This document shows, piece by piece, positions 1 through 37,661 of a stretch of 64,000 nt of DNA. A program made the position numbers and the translations under genes. The stretch's first letter is position 1; each line of letters begins with the position of its first letter. Source of the DNA: the human T2T-CHM13v2.0 reference genome, Homo sapiens. The notes under the pieces are model-generated. The model was not told where the DNA came from, did not search any database, and saw only the letters and a list, made by a program, of their open reading frames with translations. Where the stretch lies: assembly GCF_009914755.1 (NCBI RefSeq), contig NC_060936.1; one strand, given 5' to 3'.

Positions 1-1
1 T

Positions 2-157
<156 letters not shown>

Positions 158-760
158 TAAATTTCCAGCTTACTAGTTTTATTTTTCTCTCTTTTGAAAA
201 AGAAATGTATATTGAGGTAGTTTAAATTCATTTTGGAGCTTACTGTGTCTCTCCTTTAATCCATGAATTTTGTGAATTATTTTAATTAATTAATTGAGGT
301 TCTGAAATATGAGCCACCTTTTTATTCCTAGTTAAATCTCACTTTACTGTGTTACAGAATTCTTTTCTTTGCTGAATCACATTTCTAACATTTATTTATA
401 ATACCTATATTTATTAGCGATTTTGCCTGTATTGTCTTTATATGGGGGAGTAGGGTGCTATTGTAATCTGATTTGAGTATCAGGATTATGTTATCCTTGA
501 AAATGTAATCAGGGTTATGTTCTGAGGTCATGGAAAGCCCTCCATCTTTTATTATATTTAAATAACTTAATTCCTTGAATATTTAGAAGAAATTTTCCAT
601 ATTTACCTGGGATTGGTATATGATCTTTTATTGCCTTTTCAATTTCTTCTATAAGTATTGATCTATTTAGGTTTTCAACCTTTCATAATTTTTAGTAATT
701 TTTTTTGAGAAGTTACCCATTTATCTAGATTTTTAAATTTATTTCTAAAAGTTATAAGAC

Positions 761-897
761 AGCCAGGTGTGGTGGTACGCACCTATAGTCCCAGCTGCTT
801 GGGAGTCTGAGGCAGGAGGATCATCTGAACCCAGGAGTTTAAATCTAGCCTGGGCAATATAATGAGCCCCTGTCTGTGAAAATAAAAAAAAAAAAAT
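761..897 (+). mobile_element. Alu monomer (FLAM_A-like)
   Basis: ~120 nt monomer plus A tail. Confidence 0.8.
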
Positions 898-1146
898 TAT
901 TTATTTAAAAATGTTTTAAAGTTATAAAGACAATTCTCTCTATCTTTAAAATCTCTATATCCATTTTTATATCTCATTTCTTATTCCTAAATGTTAGTTT
1001 TGTCTAATCAGACTTGCTAGTGATTTGTTATTTTATTTATTTCAAAGAGCCATTTTTTAGTTTTATTGACTGTCTGTTTTTCTTTTTAGTTTATTTTCTT
1101 TGACTCTTTAACTCTATTCCATTTCTTTCAACTTTTGTTCCTAACC

Positions 1147-1449
1147 TTTTTTTTTTTTTTTTTTTTAGAGGCAGAATCTCATTCTGTCACCCAGGCTAGA
1201 GGGTGGTGACACAATCATAGCTTACTGCAGCCTTGAACTCTTGGGTTCAAGCTATACTCCCACCTCAGCCTTCTGAGTAGCTAGGACTAGAGGCACATGC
1301 AGCCATGCCTGGCTAAATTTTTAAGTTTTTTGTTGAGACAGGATCTTGCCATGTTGTCCAGGCTGGTCTTGAACTCCTGGCCTCAAGCAGTCCTCCTACC
1401 TCAGTCTCCCAAGGTGCTGGGATTACCCGCTTGAGCCATCATGCCCAGC
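1147..1449 (-). mobile_element. AluJ-like
   Basis: Full dimer with polyT at the left end. Confidence 0.88.
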
Positions 1450-1832
1450 ATCTTTTAAACTTCTAGTAGTTTGAATGCTTTTTCTAACTTCTAATAATTT
1501 GAATGCTCATTAGTTCATTTTTTTTTCAGTGTTATTTTCCTGTGATTATATCTTTGGCCGTATGCCGTAGGGTTTGATACATACTGCTTTTATTGTCATT
1601 GATTTCTATTTTCTCTTTAAAAGTAATTTGCTACAATTTTTTAAAGATCTCCAAGTGGAAAGTTTTGTTATTATTGCCAATATCTAGTTTTATTATATTG
1701 TGGTCAGGAAATGTGGTCTATAAAGATGTGTTTGTGCCTATTTCACAGTCAATTTTTGTGATTCCATAGGTGCTCATTAAGACCATGAGTTCTTGACTGT
1801 GTACAAGGTTCTTTGTCTATTAAATCAATGTT

Positions 1833-1970
1833 TTATGTATTTATTATTATTGCTTTTAGAGATGTGTTCTTGCTATGTTGCTCAGGCTGGATAACTCCTA
1901 GGCTCAAGTAATCTTCCCACCTCAGCCTCCTGAGTAGCTGGGAGTACAGGCATGTGCCATTGCACCTGGC
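1833..1970 (-). mobile_element. Alu monomer (FLAM_A-like)
   Basis: Monomer flanked by TSD tctattaaat(c/g)aatgtt. Confidence 0.8.
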
Positions 1971-2276
1971 TCTATTAAATGAATGTTCGAAGCTTTTTTA
2001 TTTTGTGAGTCTAGGTCTTATCAACTTTTGAGTGACATGCTCAAGTCTCCCACTGTGATTGTGGATCTGTGTTTTGTTTCTTGTGTATCTAATTTTCAAC
2101 TTGTGTACATCGTTTTGTTGCAGATTTGTCTTTTGTAAATGGGGCTAATAGCCAATATGAACTGGATAGCATACTGGCTGATATCCATTCTCAACAGTTT
2201 AAGCCTATGCCACATTAGTTTTAGATAGTTTTAATATTATCCTTGATTTTCATAGCTTATACTTAGATTTGGGGTT

Positions 2277-2560
2277 CTTGTATTTTGTTTCCCCTGCATT
2301 CCTGCCCCCACCACCAACCCTGACCAGATTTTGTATTATAATAGGGCAGTTTTATTCTGCCCTTATATTTTGTATTTTGTTTCCTCTGCATTCCTGCCCC
2401 CACCACCAACCCTGACCAGATTTTGTCTTATAATAGGGCAGTTTTATTCTGCGCTTGTATTTTGTATTTTGTTTCCCCTGCATTCCTGCCCCCACCACCA
2501 ACCCTGATCAGATTTTGTCTTATAATAGGGCAGTTTTATTCTGCCCTTGTATTTTGTGTT
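2277..2560. repeat. Tandem repeat, about 3 x 92 bp
   Basis: Unit anchor cccctgcattcctgcccccaccaccaaccctga recurs at 2291, 2383 and 2475. Confidence 0.93.
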
Positions 2561-2898
2561 TTCCATCCACTCTGCTTCGTTGCCTTTCCTCCCTTTTCTT
2601 GCCTATGCCAGATTTTTTTAAGTTGTGATGAGGGAAAACATTTGCATATGTATATGTATATGTGTGTTCGTGTACGTGCGTGTTTATACATCTGTGTCTG
2701 TGTCTGTGTGTATATATATATGTTTGTATAATTTTTATTTCCTGTTCTGTGAACTGTCAGTTTATATCTTTTTATCTGTGTCTGTTGTGTGAGCGGTCAT
2801 TATCTGGATTTTTAGGAAAATTTGACCTTTTTTTCTCCAACGTGTACTAAACTTTTTAAGTTTGTATTTTCTTCTTTTGACATTGTTTATGCTGGGGC

Positions 2899-3233
2899 TT
2901 TTTTGTTTTTTGTTTGTTTGTTTGTTTGTTTTTTGTTTTTTGTTTTTTTTTTGAGACGGAGTCTCGTTGTGTCACCCAGGCTGGACTGCAGCCATGCGAT
3001 CTCGGCTCACCGCAACCTCCACCTCCCAGGTTCAAGTGATTCTCTTGCCTCAGCCTCCTGAGTAGCTGGGATTACAGGCACCCACCACCACGCCCAGCTA
3101 ATTTTTTGTATTTTTAGTAGAGACGGGGTTTCACCATGTTGGCCAGGCTGGTCTTGAACTCCTGACCTCAGGTGATCTGCCCGCCTCGGCCTCCCAAACT
3201 GCTGAGATTGGGCATGAGCCACCGTGCCTGGCC
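2899..3233 (-). mobile_element. AluS-like
   Basis: Full dimer with (TTTG)n tail. Confidence 0.9.
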
Positions 3234-3573
3234 CCTGGCCTGTTTTTTTTTTTTTTTTTAAACTATCTTATTAACTGCTTTCTATATACTATACTTTGCT
3301 TTTTTTTCCCATTTCTTTACTTTTTCCCTATTTATTATTTTTCTTTGACTGTTTCCCTCTAGTGATTTGAGAATTATATGTGCTAATTTTGTGCATACCT
3401 TAGTTGCTTGGAAATTAACACATGTTTACAATGAAAATATCCTGTCATCCTTGGGAATAAATTACTGTCTTTTTTTAAACATTCTTTTGCCTACCTCCTT
3501 TTTCTGTATGTTCCATATATTTTTGAATCTTATTCCAGGTTATGATAAATATTAAAAATTAACTTTGTAGTAA

Positions 3574-3992
<419 letters not shown>

Positions 3993-4370
3993 TATTCAAA
4001 GTATTCTTAGATTTATTTTTCTTTTTCCTAGATAACATCCTAGAATTATTTTCCGCAAAACAATTATGTAGCTAAACTTTGAAGTTTTATATGTCCTGAA
4101 ATGTTACAATTTTTGCCCTTACACTTGAATAATAATTTTGTAGGAAATAGATTTCTACAAAAGTCATTTTGCTCAAAACTTCAAAACATCCATGAAACTT
4201 AGTGCCACTTTCTAAAGTTAAAAAGCTATGTAGGACATTGCTATGACATTATAGTGAAAATTTTAAAAGTTACAAAGCAGCATTTTTAGTATGCCTCATT
4301 TATCCATATGTGTTTATCCATAGACAGAGGTGTCTTAAGGGATATTTATCAAAATATTTTCAATAGTGAT

Positions 4371-4854
4371 TGTTCTGGTTATCTAGTGCCATACAGTAAA
4401 CTGCCCCAAAATTTAATGATGCAGAATAATAACCATTTGATTATGTTCATGGATTCTGTGGGTCAGGAATTCAAATAGGCCACAGGAGGGATGGCTGGGC
4501 AGTCAGCTGAGAAGGCTTGAAGGGGTTACTTCTATGTCTGATGCCTCAACTGCAACGCTGAAGGACAAACTCAGCTGGTTCTGTCACCCTACATAGCTGC
4601 ATATGGCCAACCAGATGGTAGTTTTATGGGAGTTGAACTTCTTACATGGTGGCTCAGGATTCCAAGAGTGAGTGTTCTAGTTAAGCCGTTTAGGCCTTCT
4701 GTGACCCAGCCTCAGAAGTCACGTAGTGTGCTTTCACCATACCCTATTAATCAAAGCAGTCACAAACCAGTCCAGAATCAAGGGAAGGGAACATAGACCC
4801 AACTTCCTGATGGGAAGATTGTCAGAGGATTTGTAGCTATGTTTTAACACCAAC
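4371..4854 (-). mobile_element. MaLR solo LTR (MLT1 family)
   Basis: TG...CA ends and MLT1-type motif tcatggattctgtgggtcaggaattc. Confidence 0.65.
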
Positions 4855-5136
4855 AGTTGGCAAGTTGTCATTGATAAGAGTGTTGGCTAAATGATGACAG
4901 GAATTATTTTTAATCTCTTCTGCTCACTACTGAGCCCCAGAAGAGTGCCTGGTACATAGTAGTGTTTGATAAGTATGTATTGTATGAATGAGGTTTGGGG
5001 TTTCTGCTCTCCTAATGCCTTTCTGTACTATATGAACTTTTCACAGTAAGCACATTTTATCTTTATAAATAGAAATAAAATGCAAATAAAGGGTATATAT
5101 TATCTGAATGTTTTAATTTTTTCTATGATATCCTAG

Positions 5137-28965
<23,829 letters not shown>

Positions 28966-31900
28966 ATTGGTTTTTTTACTGAAGCTATTGTGATGATGAT
29001 TATTTATTAGTAACTGGTTATGAAGATTTGTCATTTAAAAGAGTATTCTCTGGCTGTATTTCCAGCAGTTATGAACTTGAGTTTGTAAATTGTTCTTAAA
29101 ATGTATTTGCTGAATTATAGATCCAAATAAAAGAAAAGAAGCAAAGACTCTCTGAAAATTAGTATATGAGTTCTTCCTTACAGATATAGCTCTTTTATAA
29201 AGAAAAACAGTGAAATTAAGATAAAAGCTAGAAAGCTTTATTACCCCAATATCTTTTATAAGGGCTGTGTAACCCAGTCATCCTAGAGTTATTGAGATGA
29301 TTCTGGTAACTGGCTGTTGTATACTATGCTGTCTTATATAGTAAATGTTCTCTACATTGTAAATGTCCTACCTTTGAGTACTCCTTCTATCTTTATTCTA
29401 TATGAGCAGTGTTCCTCTAACAACTGTCTTCTATTGGATAATATGTGTGATACTATAATAATTCTAATAGTTATTTGATTCCTTTCTTTGTTTACAGTTA
29501 GCACAGAGCTTAAGAAATTAAAAAAGAGGCAAGTTTAGAAACTGCTTTTGAACTTTTATTATTTTCCAAGAATCATGGTAAAATACAACAAGAACAATGA
29601 GTTTTCTTGATTCTTACCAGGCCAATATATTTGAATATATTTTTGGCCAAAGCACTTAACTTATCTGGCCCTCATTTTCCTCATAACAGATGAGGGAGTT
29701 AAAGCAGTTTATCTTTTAGGTCCCTTTCAGCACTAAGGTTTTGTGTTTTTAGTAGAAGTGAAGTATGTCCCTGAACATTTTCATCTGTCTTAATGGCTCT
29801 AATTTTGCTTTTGCTAAAATTAAAATCTTCATAATTGAATTCAAAATTAAAGTATATGTCCTCCTATTGGAGAAAAAAACAAGCACCTTAACAGGACACA
29901 AGTTTTAAAATAGTGTTTTAAACATTTGTAAGATTTTTGTAAATGCTCTAAATGTTTTATTTTTGCATTGTTTTTACCTTGAAATTGTATAAACTTTTTT
30001 ACTATGAAAATATAAGCATTAGACAGCTAACTCAGGTTCCATTACAACCTTAAAGATACAGATAGGCATTATAAACACTCTGCTACAGGTAACTTGTTTT
30101 AAACCTTTTAGGAATTTCATGGTTCCACTGCCTATTTAAATCTGGAATTAATATACAGAGCAATAATTGCAGAAAAGATATTTCAAACTAAGAGCTTCAA
30201 TAACTGCAGGGGCACAGGTCTATCTTTTTTTATACCACATAACCTTATGCCAGTTTAGGTTGACTGAGTAGCTATGTCCTCAAATTTCATGTATGATACC
30301 CCCCAGCAAAGATGGATTTAATTGTGCAGAATTGATATATATGTGTGTTCCAGTTACTAATTTAAAGTGTATAGAATATTTTAATATATAATTTTTGTAA
30401 AGAACTGGGATTTTTATACTACAGTATTTGTAATTAATGTGTCTCACTAATTAAGTTTCTCTTGAAGAAAATATGCAAATTGTTAGACACATAATGAGTG
30501 GTTTCCAAACTCTAAAGATAAAATAAATGCACTACTATGGTGTTGTTAGAATACCTTTTTTGTGGCTGTATGAATCTTTACTCTTTAAATGTGTACTTTA
30601 CAATGTTTACAAGGAGCTTCTCTGGTTTGTTATCCCAGCAATGCCCTTGGTGAGAGCTTCATTCTGCATTTGTTTAATTCATATGCTTTGCTTTTGGCAT
30701 ATGCTTGCTTTTTGCACTAGTAGAATTTTAACTTACCTCATTATTATGTTTGTAATCATTTGTCTAGCTTCTGTAATGTATCTGATATAGGCTAAACAAA
30801 TACTTAACCAAAGTTAAAATACATGGTAAGCAATTTTGCACATATTAAATATTAGGGTTTGTTGTGTATATGTGTATACTTAATTATAAAAAGAATATGA
30901 ATGGAAAGTTATACTAAAAGTATATGTTTCAAGCCCAGTTATTTTAAAGATCTATTGCTTTAATAGAAAAAGTTTGGCTTTTAACCCTTTCTTCTCTGCA
31001 TTAATTAACAACGTGCATCTTGAAGCCCTTCTCCTGATAACAAGGAATAAGTTGATTTTAAGCAAAGGATAGAATATTTGTTTGAGTGTGCACATTTATA
31101 CCTGTTTAGTATTTGATTCAGTTAAGCCTCCACTCTTCTGGATCAGGAGGTGATTCTGAACCTGTGGTTCTAACATATGACTTAACTGTTTAGAGGGAAG
31201 AGAAGTCTTTCTATACTGAGGGATTTGTTAAAATCATAAATGTTTTTGCCCTGAGACTTAGCCCAGATTCTATTTTTTTTTTTTTTTTTGGCATTTGTAC
31301 ATTAAGCACCAGTCATATTTATCTCTGTGATAAGGGATTGCTGACTAAAAAATGCCATTAAGAAATCTCTGTGGCTTTGACATTAGTAGTTAATAAGAGA
31401 TCTTAGAGCTGTGTGCTGATGAATAGAATGAATTGGAGCAAATAGCAAGAGAAGTGCATTTAGCTTCTTATGATTTGCACATTTTCTAAATGAAGATCCC
31501 TTTGTGTAGCAGTAGGCTGTATCATGCAGATATTTTTCATAGGATTTGCACTGAGTTAAATGACTTTCTTTACTCTTCCCAGTCAGGTAAGCAGTTCAAA
31601 TATAACAAGACTTTGTGCCAGTCCTCTTCTGTGTTCTGCAACTCTGGCTCTCATAAGTAGTAAAAATATTTTTGATGTTGCATGCTCTCAGAATTATGTT
31701 TTCTAAAATATCATATTGGCTTCATTTTAGTTTAATAAACTTCTTTGGCAACTTAATTAGACATAGGGTATATATAAACTCAATTTTATCTGCATTTTTT
31801 AAAAAATTGAAATAATCTGATTGCATGTATGAAGGACTCCTGCCTCATTACCCAATTACATAAATACAATTATCTATAGGAAGGTGAAATTGTTGATCTA

Positions 31901-32215
31901 TTATTTCAAAGACTTGTAGACTAGCAAAGATTCATTCTGATTAGAAATAAGGTCTATAGCTAAAGATATTTTTATTTTAAAAAATTACAGCCCTTGTAAC
32001 AAAAATCATTTGTAACATTGGATATGAAGACATTATTAGTATTTAAAATTATTGTAGTCATTTGATCATAAATGAAGTAGCTTGCAAAATAGACTTGGTC
32101 TTTGACCCTTTAAGGTGTAACTGACTGACTGTTGTGTTTTTCAAGACTGATTTTAGGCAGTTTTATGTATCGTGTACCAATGATATGTAAAATAAAGCAC
32201 CTTTTCTACTATAAA
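28966..32215 (+). other. HCFC2: HCFC2 3'UTR (end approximate)
   Basis: AU-rich, Alu-free stretch from the stop codon to AATAAA at 32191, followed by GT/T-rich sequence (ggtgttatttatttt, ~32224). Confidence 0.7.
32191..32196 (+). terminator. Probable distal polyadenylation signal of HCFC2
   Basis: AATAAA with upstream TGTA motifs and a downstream GU/U-rich element. Confidence 0.7.
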
Positions 32216-33878
32216 CAATTACAGGTGTTATTTATTTTGAAGGATATGAAAGAAAAGTTAGTGATGGCAGAGTAAATCTGTAGAAATGTTGATTTTATAT
32301 TTAAAATAACATTATGTAAACATATTAAACATATATTAACATGTTTAATAATTAATATTTAATAATTAACAAGTTTAATAATTGTTAAACATATATTTAA
32401 AAGGCTGCCTGTATTGTTTGAAATAATATAGGCAGCCTTTAAATTAAGAATGGATTGTGTTTAAAAACTTGTTTTTAAGTTTTTAAGATGGCAGTTGGGA
32501 GTCGTTTTCTCATAGAAATGTAAATCCTATGTAAGTAACCCTTGTCACACCTGAACTAGTATGCTTGAAAGTAAAAAGGCAAATGGCTCCAAGAAATAGT
32601 CTAAACTTGTTGTCACCTTTTTTTTGTCTTTCATTTACTCTAAAATATTTTTCTTTATTCTTTTCATCCTTTTAAATTCATAGCAGCCAGACTTCTGACC
32701 TGCTGCTCCATTGAAATGGCTCTAGCAAAGTTCAAGGATAACCTCCCATTTCCCAAATCCAGGGAACTCTTTTATCGTATTTAATCTTGTCATTTGAAAC
32801 TTTTGTCCACTGTCTCGGCACTTCCTCATTTTTGTAGTGTCTATCATACCATGCTTTCTGTCCATCTTTACACACCTCCTCCTGTCTATGGTTCCCTTTT
32901 TTACTCCCACCTGTCCCCATTCATTTTTTTTCCTAGATTCAGGCCAAATTGCCAATCTGAAGAAGTCTTTCCTGACATACTCCACCACCAGGTAGATTTA
33001 ACCCCTTCTTTTTGTTCTCCCACTGTCCTTTGTTAAATCTTCTGTCATAGCAGTCTAAAAACTTAGCGCCCCTATTTGTTAGCATGTCCCTCTCCATCTG
33101 CTAGATGGTAGGTCTTCAAGGCAGAGACTGGGTCTTTATACCCGTTCCATGTTGGCTGGCTAGTTAACTGGTACTTAAATATTTTAACAAGCGGGTAAAG
33201 AAAATTGTCACCTTTACACTTCTTCATATTCCCACTCCTCCTAAATAGAGGTCAAAATGGGAGGGAAGCTTTGAAAGGGAAAGAGATTTTTTGCAGATTT
33301 GCCAAGTATCTGGAGGAAATGCAAACTCTTTAGCTTTGTCTTACCCTGCCCTGCTATTAGGTTAAAAGAAGTTCTGGGATAAGAGATTTAGTATAGGAGG
33401 TCTTTGATTGGAAAAGGTCCTTCTACCAGATCAGGTTTGTTTTTTTTCTTAAAGGAAAGAAAGAAGAAAGATCTTTCATGAGGTTATGGGCATTGCTGGA
33501 TTATGATTTTTAACACTGGATGATCAAAATAAGCTAAAACTGTCAAAAGTTAATCTCTGACACTAGAAATTACCTACCTATATAAGTTCAGGGAACTGCT
33601 GAAGGACATGGTTACCAGGATTGGAACTGCATTGGATTCTGTTAATATCAAGTCAGGTCACTGTTATCACCTCTAAACTTGTAGGACAAAAGATTCTTAC
33701 ACTCAGGAAAATGAGATGACATTGGCAAAACTCCCTTCTAAGTTTTCTAGTTATAGTTAGTCCCTAGACTTATGTATTTCTGTGACTCCAGAAAAAAACT
33801 TACTTTGATCATTCCTGGAAAAACATGAACTACAAAATTCTGGGGGAAAAATCAATAAATTCTGTAAACCGAATGAAG

Positions 33879-34170
<292 letters not shown>

Positions 34171-35044
34171 TCAAAATAGTGTCCACTTGTGGGCCTATTA
34201 ATCTCAGCAGAGGGGATCTGGAACTGAGCATGAGGTTCTTTTGTTTTATATATTTGGTATTTTGGATAAATTAGGTTGAGCAAAGGCCTGCTACTTAATC
34301 GTCAAATTCACAATCTGGCTACCACTCCTGCCAGTACCTCACATTCAAAAAAGTTATGAGAATGCAAGGTTATAAAGCCTTTGGTCTTGGATAGAGAGAA
34401 TGCTGGGAAGTCATAGAGATGAGGTTGTGAAGGTTACAGAAGTATTCCTTATTTACTGATTTTAATTTGCTTGTTCAAAAGATATTTGAAGAGTGCCTAG
34501 AGATGTCAGGGTGTTTACCTATAAAAGAGAAGAAAGTATGAATTGGTGGCATATCAGATATGGAAGATGTCACAGAGAAGGAAACGTCCCCCCCCACCAC
34601 CACCATTCTACCCACTTCCCCTTCATGGTCTTCTTACCCCCGCAAAGATACGAAGCTAAAAGATCCATCATTCCTGAGCATGAGAATTGAGGAAGGCACA
34701 AGACGAGCCCTTTGGTATGAGCACATACAGGTTAAAAATAAAAGGTAGCAGCTAGTGTTTGTTTTTGAACATAGAAAAACCATGTCCACTAGTAAATTAT
34801 ACTCCAACAAATGTCCAGCTCCAACCAAAAAGATTATCCATTCCTCCTACTGAGAAGATAGAGTAGACGTTCTCTGAGAATTTAAGAAGAGTTACCTCCT
34901 TTTCTCTTTCCATATTGGGGAAGGGGCAAAAAGCTACAGCCATAATGTTTATCATCCGCTGTAACAAAGCATAGCATGTAAGAGAGTGGGCAGAGATCTG
35001 AAGATAAAACTGCTTGATTCACAATCATCCTGCCAGTTGCGATT

Positions 35045-35062
35045 TAGCACCCCCTGGTGGCA
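35045..35062 (-). promoter_or_regulatory. CTCF binding motif
   Basis: Minus strand reads TGCCACCAGGGGGTGCTA, close to the CTCF core CCACCAGGGGGCGC; lies in unique intergenic DNA. Confidence 0.75.
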
Positions 35063-36652
35063 TTGTCCAGCCCAGCTTACATGTGGATAAGATTCTAGGT
35101 CTTGTAGCTGCCTAGGATTTTAAAAATAGCTACAGCAATACCTGGAGCTTTCTGGTGAGTTGGCAATCCTGTGTTAGACCCAGTTGGAGAGAATGGACCT
35201 GGAGAATATACTTTCTACTTTCCTGCAACTTCCTAACCCAAGATAATAACTTTAACCTGCCCTGTTTAGATACAGGGACACACTGATTATTTCAAGATCC
35301 ATTTAATTTTTGAGGATTTTTAGATTGTTTATCAAAATTTCTAGCTAGTTTTCTGAATCAGGAGAAATTGCATCTTAACTATGTCTTTTTAAGTCTACAT
35401 AATGGCACTGACATTGATAACCTTGGTAAAGACGTGATTGCAAAATTGTTATAACATTTGTGTGATCAGCAAGGCACCTGTTATTGAGCAATGTGGAGAA
35501 ACGGTCAGTTGCTGCCATACACTTTCCATATTTTTGGAATACTTAATACATAAATCATTATTAGGAGAATGTGTGAGAGGATATTTGTACTTTTGAAAGT
35601 CAACATAATTCAGTAAAGAGGTGGTTTCTTTGTCAATTTATTTGGAATTTATATCACCTATCATTTCATTGTCTGCTTTATATAAATAATTATACCCAGA
35701 GAACAAAGTAACCAATTAACCAGAGTCATGCCAGTGAGTCCAAGCCAACTTGGAAGAACAGTGCTATAATATTGCCATCTCATTGGATCTTGACCCTGTG
35801 GGAATCTAGTTAACTTCCGTGAGGAATAGTCCATACTCATTTCCTTTTCATATTATCATGTATTGCTTCCCCCATTATTATAATTGACTGATTTGCATAG
35901 CACAGTAGTGGCTGAAATATCAGAAGATATTCTCCCTTTGTTGATGAAAGTACGTATTGCATAACCTTGTATCTTTTTTCTTTTAAAATGTTTGTTGTGA
36001 AATAATACAAAAGTATATTGTGTATGTATGGTTTAAAAAATAACATGATCACACGTACTCAGCCTTCAGCTTAAGAACTAGAACATTCTCAGCTGCCTAG
36101 AATCCCCCATTTGTTCTCCCTCCATAGATTATATGAGGTAAACATTCTTCTGGATTTTTTGTTAATAATTTCCCATGTTTTTATTTGTGACTCTACCATC
36201 TATGTATGTATTCCTAGTAATATATTGTTTAAATTTGTTTTTGAACTTTTATGTAAATGGAATCATGCTGTATGTATTCTTCTGTGACCTCTTTTTTCTG
36301 ACATTGTTTTTGAGATTCCCATCCATGTTTATGCATGTAACTGTATTTCATGTTTTCACAGCTATATGGTATTCGATTGTATGACTATTTCACAATTTAT
36401 TTATCCATTCTTCTATTTATGGAGATTTGGATTGTTTTCAGCATTTTGCAATTACAAACAATGCTGCTATGAACATTCTGCCCAATTACAATGTAAGCTG
36501 TGTGTGGGCAGAAGTTTTGTCTGTTCTGTACTCTACCATATTCCCAATGTCAGAACAATGCCTGGCACCAGGTAGATGCTCAATAAATATTTGAGGAATG
36601 AATGACTTCTTGTATTGTCTCCTGGTGCACTTTTACAGCAGTTGCTCTAGGA

Positions 36653-36986
36653 CAGTTGTTGTCAAAGTGTGGTTCAGGGACGCCTGGGGGTCCCTGAGAC
36701 CTTTTTGGGAGGGGTCTGTGAGGACAAAACTATTTTCATAATAATACTAAGGCATTATTTGTTCATTTCATTCTCGATTTTTTCACATTTTCCAGATGTA
36801 TGATAACATCATCACTCTGGCAGCTAATCAAGTATACTTGTATATTTCTGTTTTAAGAAGTCTGAATTTTAATTTCTAATATGGTAAATATTGATAGATA
36901 TAACCCACATGAACAACAGCTCTTTGAGGCCGTCAATAGTTTTTAAGGATAGAAAGAGGTTCTGAGACCAAAACTGAGAACTGCTG
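36653..36986. mobile_element. hAT-Charlie element (Charlie1-like), internally deleted
   Basis: cagt...tcaaagtgtgg start and tgagaactgctg end; ctctag/ctctaa-like flanks. Confidence 0.6.
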
Positions 36987-37661
36987 CTCTAAGGAGTGGG
37001 TTTTACTTGGTAATTGTTTTCTAAAACATTTGTACCAACTTATACTCCCACTGGCAGTGGTTGAGAGTTCCCATGGCTTCACATCTTGGCTAACACTTGG
37101 TCTTGACTATCTTTGTATGTGCCAACTGGATGGCTATTATGTGGTTTCTTAGTGTGGGTTTAATTTGCATTTCCCTGATTACTAATGAAATTGAGTGTCT
37201 CTTCATATATGGGTCCATCATGATTCCTCTTCTGTGAAATATTCCTGTCTTTTGCCCATTTTTCTATTAGGTTGTCTGTCTTTTTTTCATTGATTCATAT
37301 GATGGATACCAATCCTTGGTCAGTTAAATATATTGCATATATCTTCTCTCAGTTTGTGTATTGTCTTTGTAATTGTAAATAATCTGTTGATCCACTTGGA
37401 GAAAACTGACATCTTTTCAGTAATGAGTCTTTCCAGCCAAAACCATTGTGTAGCTTTCCATTTATTAGGTCTTCTTTCATGTCTCAATGAACTTTAAAAA
37501 TGTTCTCCATAAAGGCCTTTACATCTTGTATTAGATTTCATCCTAGTGGTTTTATAGTTTTTAATGCTGTAAACTGAATTTTTATCTTTTTAAAATTTGT
37601 TTTTATCTTAAAATTTTTCTCATTATTTTTATTGACTTTGTTAATTTCATTCAAAATGCAT

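Noticed and set aside
2277-2560. Regularly spaced palindromic repeats resembling a CRISPR array
   Set aside because: The intervening sequences are near-identical rather than unique spacers, the context is a eukaryotic intron, and there are no cas genes; it is a minisatellite.
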